Below, in pieces: positions 54,274-64,000 of a stretch of DNA of 64,000 nucleotides (within the stretch, counting starts at the first letter, position 1; every line of letters starts with the position of its first letter). The notes below the pieces were generated by a model. That model searched no databases. It saw only the letters and a list, made by a program, of their open reading frames with translations, and was not told where the DNA came from. Origin of the DNA: Octopus vulgaris (Eukaryota). Location of the stretch: NCBI GenBank assembly GCA_951406725.2, contig OX597836.1:10788001-10852000 (forward strand), read 5' to 3'. A program made the position numbers and the translations under genes.

Positions 54274-54429
54274 TATAAACAATTCATAATTAAGGGCAAA
54301 CGAAAAATTTCTAATGCCAGATATGCCGAAAAATTGGACATATTGTCCATTAACCATATAATTTTTTCACAATATTGCATATCTGGCAATAGAAATTTTT
54401 CGTTTGCCCTTAATTATGAATTGTTTATA
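54274..54429. repeat. Palindrome (53-bp arms, one mismatch)
   Basis: 54274-54326 is the reverse complement of 54377-54429 apart from one base. Confidence 0.93.
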
Positions 54430-55318
54430 TATATATATATATATATAAAAAGGATAAGGGAAATTATAGGAGCACATCTAAGCAATCAATACAAATCTAT
54501 CAAATTATTACCATGTAGGATTTCCTCACGAAAGAATTCTGTATTTGGAATACTTAAAACGCCAAATTATACATATATTGCACCCCTGAAACGGCTGTAG
54601 AGGATATCCTTTACTCGAATTCACCCGAATCTTATATATATTTATCTTATACACCTATTTATCTACCTATTTACCCCTGAAGTTTTTCTAATTTTGAACT
54701 CTCATCCGACATTTCGTTTAAACCTCAAATTCTTAATCGATTCGAACAGTTCCTTTTGGAAGCACTTACCTCGAAGTTTTATCTCTTTATATGTCACTCG
54801 ATGAAGCAGTTGATGGCAATGGTTATATAATGATGATGAGGATGATGATAATTATAACAACAATAATAAAATCAATGAAAGGTGAATAGTTTGGGTTCGC
54901 GTAAATTGAGACCTAACAGTCATGGTGTATATCGCTGAAGAATATCAAAACCACGATAAAATTAAATTCCAAGAAATACATAAAAACGCATCACAACCGG
55001 GGAATGAATAAAACTGCTTTCCAAAAATAGACAAAATATAAACAATATTCTTACTAAAATGCCAACAATATTTATTAGCAATATTTTTAGCCAAATTCCA
55101 GAGTTTTTGGTAAATAATCGATATCCAACTCTCTTCTGATAGATAAATTTATTATCAAACACACAGTAGATATAGTTCAAACGATCTGTGTATATTGGAT
55201 ATCTCTAATTCTCATTTGAAATGAATGTAAGAACAAAATTAACACAAACATACATACATACATACATACATACATACATACATACATACATACATACATA
55301 CATACATACATACATACA

Positions 55319-55352
<34 letters not shown>

Positions 55353-55835
55353 GACACATACACACATGTTTGATATATTCGTTTTGCATAGTGCAATTAT
55401 GCATTTCAAAATGTCTGAATAATATTTAGATAATAAATTTTAAAATCTCTTTCATGTGTTTATTTTTGCGAGAAATAAGACGAGAAAAAGATGAAAATTC
55501 CATACAAAATCATTGTCAATAGTTGTCAAATGTTCTTATAATAACCAAAACCACTTCTCGGAGGTTGAAAGCAGAATTTGAAATATTTGAAATAGAACAG
55601 AACATGTGTGTATGTATGTACGTATGTATGGATGTATGTAAGTATGTATGGATGTATGTATGTATGTATGTGTATGCTTATAGTTATATAGGTATATATG
55701 TGTATATACAAGTCTTACACAAACACATATACATATAAATATATATATATATATGCATATAGAAGTGTATATTTATGTGGGTATATATATATTCGTGTGC
55801 GCCTGTATGTGTGTATACACACACATATATATGCG

Positions 55836-55884
<49 letters not shown>

Positions 55885-55967
55885 GAACGTGTGTATGTGT
55901 GTATGCATATATATATATGTACATATATACATACATATATGTATATATATACATATATATATGTGTG

Positions 55968-56011
<44 letters not shown>

Positions 56012-56929
56012 AATATGTACATATATATACGGGTGTCTATATATATATATATATATATAGATATGTACATATATATATATATATATACATATCTATATGC
56101 ACAGAGAAAGAGAGAGAGAAAGAGGAGGAGGGAGAGAGGGGAGAGAGTGTAAAAGAAAGAGCAAGAAAGAGAAAGAAAGAAAAGAGAGAGAGAGAGAAGG
56201 GAAAAGACAACTGTGTTTTGTCGGAAGTTTTTTTTCTTTCGACTATAATTGGGGTGAAAATGTCCACATGATGTCAACTAAATTATTTAGTTGAATTAAT
56301 GTTGTTACTTTTGTTGTCGACAACATCATTGCTGCTATTGTTGTTCTAAGTTTTTGTCGTTGTTCTTGTTGCTGTTGTTGTTGTTGTTATTATTATTATT
56401 ATTGTTGTTGCTGTTGCTCTCTTTGAAGTCGATAACGAGAGATCAGGTGGGAATCATCACCCATTACCAAACAAATGAAGCGAAAATCAAAGAACCAGAT
56501 CGCATACGAGCTGTCGTCTGCCAACCTGAAGGGTATACTTCGATCTCGTTCTTTCCTACGCTTTGATTTTTCCCATCATTCCCTGACCGGTTTTATTTCA
56601 ATTTTCACGCTGTTTATTACTGGTTCGGATTTTATCTATCCCTGAGGATTAAATGTCTGTATGAATCCTGGAAGAAACTGATCAACTAGAATCTACCATA
56701 CCAGTCATAGAACGAAAGAATATTAATTTTATTTTCTCTCTGGTTGTAGGTTTCGCCGAATTGTTAGCACGCCGGATAAAATTCATAACGGCGTTTCTTC
56801 CGACCTCTTTACGGTCTGATTTCAAATTCTGCCCACATAGTCTTTGCTTTTAATCATTTCGCAATATAGGTACTAGTTGAAAACTAACGTCAGCGTGAGT
56901 GAGTAGATCTCTCCCCCAACATTTCGAAA

Positions 56930-57150
56930 TTCTTCCTCTCCTTCTTCTTCTTCTTCTTCTTCTTCTTCTTCTTCTTCTTCTTCTTCTTCTTCTTCTTCTT
57001 CTTCTTCTTCTTCTTCTTCTTCTTCTTCTTCTTCTTCTTCGTCGTCGTCGTCGTCTTCTTCTTCTTCTTCTTCTTCTTCTTCTTCTTCTTCTTCTTCTTC
57101 TTCTTCTTCTTCTTCGTCGTCGTCGTCGTCGTCGTCGTCTTCTTCTTCTT

Positions 57151-57181
<31 letters not shown>

Positions 57182-57405
57182 TTCTTCGTCGTCGTCGTCG
57201 TCTTCTTCTTCTCCTTCTTCTTCTTCTTCTTCTTCGTCGTCGTCGTCGTCGTCGTCGTCTTCTTCTTCTTCTTCTTCTTCTTCTTCTTCTCCTCTTCCTC
57301 CGTCTTCTCCCCTCCTCCTCCTCCTCCTCCTCCTCCTCCTTCTTCTTCTTCTTATTATTATTATTATTAACATTATTTTTATTGTTGTTATTATTATTAT
57401 TATTA
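56930..57405. repeat. Compound (CTT)n/(CGT)n/(CCT)n/(TTA)n microsatellite
   Basis: Directly visible. Confidence 0.95.
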
Positions 57406-59459
57406 TTCAGTAGTTTTATTTTTATTTTTATAGCGTGCTTTCACTTCACTACCGAGCGCAGCTCTGTGTGCCTTGGGTATGTGCTGTGATTTGTTGTGAT
57501 GCTCTGATGGTTATTGTATGGAAAGTGTTCTGCGTAGGATGTGGGCAGTGCCTAGTAGTGCAATTTTCTGTATGTTATATGTGTTTGTAAGTCCTGGTGT
57601 TTTTGTTATGTATTTGTCTGAATATTTTTTTATCATGCCTAATGCACCTACTATGATAGGAATTGTTTCTGTTTTCAGATTCCACATTCTAGTTACCTCT
57701 ATTTCCAGGTCTTTGTATTTTGAGAGTTTCTCCATTTCTTTTAGAGACACGTTGTCATCTGCCGGTATTGATACATCAATTAAAAAGCATTTTTTTTCTT
57801 CATGATCTCTGACAACTATATCTGGTCTGTTGGCCTTAATTTCTCTATCTGTGTGTATCGGCATATCCCAGAGTATGGTTGCTTTCTCGTTTTCTGTGAC
57901 CTTTTCTGGTGTGTGCCTATACCATCTTTTTTCTGTTGTTATTCCATAATGTTGGCATAGCTTCCAATGTATGTAGGTTCCAACTCTGTCATGTCTGTGA
58001 ATATATTCCTTCTTAGCCAGGACTGGGCAGCTAGAGATAATATGATTTATTGTTTCTTGTCCATCTCCACATATTCTGCAGTTACTTGTAATATTTCTTT
58101 TCATTACATGTTTTTGGTAATTTCTGGTGGGGAGGCTTTGGTCTTGTGCTGCAATTAAAAATCCCTCTGTTTCTGCTTTGAGTCCTGAGCTTCTCAACCA
58201 TTGCTGGGATTTTTCTTTGTCTATTTCTTTTGCGTTTAGTTTAGTGCAGTATTTACCATGAAGGGGCTTTTCTTGCCATCGTTTTATCATGGTTCGTTGC
58301 TGTTCTGTTTTTAGTTTGGATTTCATTTGTTTTATAGCTTTTGTTGTTTCTTCATCTTCTTCTTCTTCTTCATGTTTATTAGGTGGTATGATTTCTTGTT
58401 TGTATTTGTCAGCTTCCTTAAATACTGAGAACAGTTTTTTGTTTTGCTCGTGTTTTGCCGCTATCTGGATCAGTTTTCCTTCCTTCTGAAGTAGATATTT
58501 TTGCAGTCCTATGGTGGTTATTTTATAGTAGTTTTCCAGTTGTATAAGGCCTCTACCACCTTCCATACGTTGTATATATAGTCTTTCTATGTCAGATTTT
58601 GGGTGATGCATCCTAGATCCTGTCATTATTTTTCTTGTTTTCCTATCTATTTTGGTCAGTTCATTTCGTGTCCAGTTAAGGATATTGTAGCTGTAACTTA
58701 TAACTGGGACAGCTAAAGTGTTGATACCTATTATCTTGTTTTTAGCATTGAGCTCTGTGTTTAGTATTGATCTAACTCGTCTATAATATTCTTTTTTTAT
58801 TTTCTCTTTCATTTGTGTGTGTTGTGTCTTATCTAGTTCATGGATTCCTAAGTATTTGTAAGTTTGGCTTTGGTCTAATTCTTTTATTTCATTGGTTTTA
58901 TCTAGTGTGATGTTGTTACTCTTAACTAGTTTTCCTCTTTTCATGGTTACTTTGGCGCATTTTTCTAATCCAAATTTCATATCTATTTCTTTGGTAAATC
59001 CATGAACTGTCTTTAATAGTGTTTCCAGCTGTTTGTCATTTGCAGCGTATAGTTTTAGGTCATCCATATATAAAAGGTGGCTGATCGTTTTGCCGTAACA
59101 TTTATATCCGCATCCAGTTCTATTTAGCATATCAGATAGAGGTGACAGTGCCAAGCAGAAAAGGAGTGGAGAGAGCGTGTCTCCCTGGAATATTCCTCTT
59201 CTAATGGGGATGTCTTTGGTTTTCATGAGTCCCTCTTTTGTTTGGAGGTGTAGGACTGTTTGCCATTTATTCATAGAGTGCTCTATGAATTTTATGATTG
59301 TTGGTGCTACTTTGTTAATGGCTAGTGTTTCGAGGATCCATGTGTGGGGGATGCTATCAAACGCCTTTTTGTAGTCAATCCAGGCCATACTGAGGCCTTT
59401 CTTCTTTCTGTGGCTGTCTTCAGTACTGAGGCCTTTCTTCTTTCTGTGGCTGTCTTCAG

Positions 59460-59460
<1 letters not shown>
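57406..59460 (-). mobile_element. 5'-truncated R4/Dong-clade non-LTR retrotransposon inserted in (TAA)n
   Basis: RT plus restriction-like endonuclease ORF, a ~105-bp 3' UTR, and TTA repeats on both flanks (57351-57405 and 59460-59655). Confidence 0.92.
57511..59388 (-). CDS. Reverse transcriptase, CCHC zinc knuckle and restriction-like endonuclease (N-terminally truncated)
   Basis: AWIDYKKAFDSIPH, RGIFQGDTLSPLLF, HLLYMDDLKL, YKYLG, EGGRGL, CRICGDGQETINHIISSC, RHD, and RPDIVV...LIDV...KLSKY. 625 aa without stops. The frame stays open to 59460, so the Met is internal to the original protein. Confidence 0.95.
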   Translation of the reverse strand: MAWIDYKKAFDSIPHTWILETLAINKVAPTIIKFIEHSMNKWQTVLHLQTKEGLMKTKDIPIRRGIFQGDTLSPLLFCLALSPLSDMLNRTGCGYKCYGKTISHLLYMDDLKLYAANDKQLETLLKTVHGFTKEIDMKFGLEKCAKVTMKRGKLVKSNNITLDKTNEIKELDQSQTYKYLGIHELDKTQHTQMKEKIKKEYYRRVRSILNTELNAKNKIIGINTLAVPVISYSYNILNWTRNELTKIDRKTRKIMTGSRMHHPKSDIERLYIQRMEGGRGLIQLENYYKITTIGLQKYLLQKEGKLIQIAAKHEQNKKLFSVFKEADKYKQEIIPPNKHEEEEEDEETTKAIKQMKSKLKTEQQRTMIKRWQEKPLHGKYCTKLNAKEIDKEKSQQWLRSSGLKAETEGFLIAAQDQSLPTRNYQKHVMKRNITSNCRICGDGQETINHIISSCPVLAKKEYIHRHDRVGTYIHWKLCQHYGITTEKRWYRHTPEKVTENEKATILWDMPIHTDREIKANRPDIVVRDHEEKKCFLIDVSIPADDNVSLKEMEKLSKYKDLEIEVTRMWNLKTETIPIIVGALGMIKKYSDKYITKTPGLTNTYNIQKIALLGTAHILRRTLSIQ

Positions 59461-59500
<40 letters not shown>

Positions 59501-59527
59501 CATTATTATTATTATTGTCATTGTCAA

Positions 59528-59561
<34 letters not shown>

Positions 59562-59565
59562 GTCA

Positions 59566-59647
<82 letters not shown>

Positions 59648-59935
59648 CATTATTATCACTGTGGTGGTTAAACCTGTGAACAACGCAGACGGAAACAGCT
59701 GTAAGTTAAGATTCTGCCTTTTCGTAATTAATCAATGGACGATAATTAATGCAAATCAATTGTTATTCATCAACTGAATCTCCATTTTCTGCTTTTCGTG
59801 AATATTGATAAACTTTATTTTTGCCATTACCTATCATTTATGAGCATTAAAACCATTGGTCATGATTAGATATAGGTACGACACCAGTGCATTCATTGGC
59901 TACAAGTATACTTTAGACGGTTGTTGTAACTTCTA

Positions 59936-59969
<34 letters not shown>

Positions 59970-60125
59970 TTGTGTGTATGACTGTGTGTGTGTGTGTGTG
60001 TGTGTACATATATGAAAATAAACTTACAAGAGAACACATTCCATATAGGTGGAAGAATTTGCATGTATGTGTGGCTGAATTATGTATGTACGTATATATA
60101 CATACATACATTCATACACACACAC

Positions 60126-60232
<107 letters not shown>

Positions 60233-60424
60233 CATACTCATACAGTGACACACACATACACATATATATGTATCTATGTATATATATACATCTATATCTA
60301 TATCTATATATATATATATGCACACACACTTATATTTATACATTTATATGCATGTATATAAATATTTATCTATCTTTATATATATATATATATATACACA
60401 ATCTGACATACATACATAGATACG

Positions 60425-60511
<87 letters not shown>

Positions 60512-60730
60512 ATGCGGAAATACACATTAGTATGCATTCCTCTATGAATCAATATAGAAGCACCTGCATAATCAGATGTTTGTGAAAGCATATTTAGTTT
60601 AGATATTCGGATTAAGTGATATATATATATGCTCTGTAGGACGATTGGGCGTGTGGTTGTGTATAATGCATAATATATACTCCTCACTCTCCCATGTCTC
60701 TCTCTCTCTTTCTCCCTGTTTGCCTGTTTG

Positions 60731-60761
<31 letters not shown>

Positions 60762-60959
60762 ACTCCACGCCGGAGAACAAGCATAAACGCAGACACACAC
60801 ACGAGTGCAAGTATACACACACACACATTTGTACACGCGGTACTCATATGTATTATACACAGAAACACATACAAAAATACAATTACCAACATAGAATTAT
60901 GTATATATAAATATGTATATCTATATCTATATCTATATCTATATCTATATATCTATATA

Positions 60960-60995
<36 letters not shown>

Positions 60996-61126
60996 TATAA
61001 ATATATATATATATCTATTTATATACACATCTGTATGTATATATATGTATAGGAATACATGTATATATACATATATATATATCCATATATATATAGATGT
61101 ATGTACACAGATGTATACTACATCTA

Positions 61127-61160
<34 letters not shown>

Positions 61161-61943
61161 AATCTATCTATCTATCTCACTAACTATATTTACATAATTA
61201 TATATATTTATATATATATATATATACACGCATATATGCATATATATTTTTAATGTATATATGTATTTACATATAGATGTGCATATGTATATATGCACAT
61301 GTATACACACACACATAATACTCGCATGCATGCGTGCATACATACATATATATACATATGCATGCATACATACATACATATATTAACATATACATACATG
61401 CGTGCATACATACTTATATACATATGCATACATGCATACATGCACACAAACATACATATATTAACATATACATACGTATTACGATGCCTAAAATATTCCA
61501 TCGAAAATCATAAACAGAAACAATAAAAAAAATTAGCCAAAAACCTTGCCAAAAAAACACCAAATCCAAAAACAGTCTATTACCGAAAGCATAGTAAATC
61601 TAGCGACTTGTATTCTTTGTATCATCTCAAACCGCGACTATTGATTTGACTGCCTAATGGATGAAATAGCTCCAGGAATCTACAATAGTAGAAGCATTCC
61701 TGATCTGCACAGACCAACTTTATTATAGGAAAAGAAGAAAAGAAAGATGGCGGCGGTACTTCCAGAAAACCTATTAAATACATTTTGGCAATGAATAGAG
61801 AGAGATGGTCCAAAAGCGTAGTGGATGATAATGGTTCTGTTACAGTGAGATAACTTATGGCTGGAGACAATAGACGTGAGTATTGTTGACGAAGGCTTCG
61901 ATGACCAGAAATATCTTTACAACTTTTAACGTTGAATTAATAA

Positions 61944-62002
<59 letters not shown>

Positions 62003-62165
62003 TATATGCATATATGCATATGTGTTTTTCTCTCCGGCGGATTACAAATATCAATTTTGTTTTTTTTTGCATGCCTATAAATCTATATCTACCTAACTAT
62101 AAACCTCTATGTACCTATGTACCTATATCTACATCGATATCTATATCTAGCAATCAATCAGTATG

Positions 62166-62270
<105 letters not shown>

Positions 62271-62284
62271 TATCTACCTATCTA

Positions 62285-62345
<61 letters not shown>

Positions 62346-62389
62346 GTCACCTTGATTCCCTGTCTATCTGACTGTCCATCCATCCATCC

Positions 62390-62490
<101 letters not shown>

Positions 62491-62511
62491 CCTACCTACC
62501 TACCTACCTAC

Positions 62512-62595
<84 letters not shown>

Positions 62596-62866
62596 ACATC
62601 TCTCTCTCTCTCTCTCTACCAATCTCTCTCACTGCCTACCTTAACACACTTAACCACATGTAAATGTAATTTGAGCGCACTTTTGCTTGAAATAGGAAGA
62701 CCGTATATTTATGGATGCTAGAAAACTTCAGTCTTAGGCGATTACACATGCATACATACATACATACATACATACATACATACATACATACATACATACA
62801 TACATACATACATACATACATACATACATACATGCATACATACATACATACATGCATGCATGCATG

Positions 62867-62937
<71 letters not shown>

Positions 62938-62996
62938 CTATATCTGTAAATCTATCTATTTATCAAACTGTCTGTCTGTCGGTCTGTTTCTATATC

Positions 62997-63032
<36 letters not shown>

Positions 63033-63033
63033 T

Positions 63034-63064
<31 letters not shown>

Positions 63065-63103
63065 CACACACATACACACACACACACACACATATATATA
63101 CAC

Positions 63104-63134
<31 letters not shown>

Positions 63135-63320
63135 CATATGTATGTGTATATATATATCGCGATAGATTGAGAGATAGCTAGATAAGTAGACAGACTGACA
63201 GATAGATAGTAACATAGATAAATATATATATGTATATATATATATATATATATAAATATATATATGTATATATATACATATATATACACATATATATATA
63301 TATATATATATAAATATATA

Positions 63321-63420
<100 letters not shown>

Positions 63421-63954
63421 TTATATTTTAATATTCAAAGAATAGTTTAGAGGTTTATAAATCTGCTCCGAGCGAGTCGTTATCTTCAGAACTAATGCTC
63501 GGGAATCGGAATGTTACTTAAGAAAAAATATCTCAGAGAAAAATATGGAAAGGAAGGAAGGAAGGAAGGAATTTGGTGAAGAATGAGAAAAAAGGAAAAA
63601 GAAAAAATACGAAAAAAGAAAAAAAGTTAGGGGATTAAGAAGTCGTTGAAGAACTGAAAGAAGAATTAAACGCTATGTATGTATGTGTGTATGTATGTAT
63701 GTATGTTTGTGTGTGTATGTATGTATGTATGTATGTATGTATGTATGTGTGTATTTATGTATGTGTGTGTGTATGTATGTGTGTGTATGTATGCATGCAT
63801 GTGTGTATGCCTGTATGTATATATTCATACACCACAACATACACAAAACACACGGATACACACACATATATATATTACTCACACACACACACACATATAT
63901 TATGTTTATGTACATATGCACATATATATATATCATATATATATATATACATAC

Positions 63955-63998
<44 letters not shown>

Positions 63999-64000
63999 GT

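Noticed and set aside
56430-56566. Possible plus-strand exon after a pyrimidine tract
   Set aside because: Weak AAG acceptor, no good donor and no recognisable peptide.
56899-57489. 196-aa poly-Leu/Arg ORF
   Set aside because: Translation of a (CTT)n/(CGT)n microsatellite.
63445-63496. Hammerhead-like motif on the minus strand (CTGAAGA...TAAA-CCTC-TA)
   Set aside because: GAAA is absent and stem II is poorly paired. It could be a decayed copy but is not supportable. Similar weak cases at ~42775-42810 and ~61885-61915 were also excluded.

Overview
AT-rich, microsatellite-saturated animal genomic DNA. The repeat families look cephalopod (Octopus-like), which is an inference from recall and not a search result. 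No host protein-coding gene can be supported: almost all listed ORFs are translations of simple repeats, so this is probably a large intron or intergenic region, with a few candidate minus-strand exons. The real coding sequence is all transposon-derived: an uninterrupted, 5'-truncated R4/Dong-type retrotransposon inside a (TAA)n tract (57406-59460, -), an uninterrupted 5'-truncated CR1/L2-group LINE (16084-17275, +), decayed LINEs, and mariner and maT-like transposase relics. There are also MITEs and three tRNA-derived SINE families. The most notable signal is a set of short non-coding elements beside (TA)n tracts that carry type I hammerhead ribozyme motifs, resembling Penelope-like termini or retrozymes. 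One five-copy family has a non-canonical CUGUNGA core, and one TSD-flanked copy ends at the predicted self-cleavage site. One SINE family also occurs as head-to-tail concatemers with a fixed junction at four loci. All alignments and RNA folds were done by eye.
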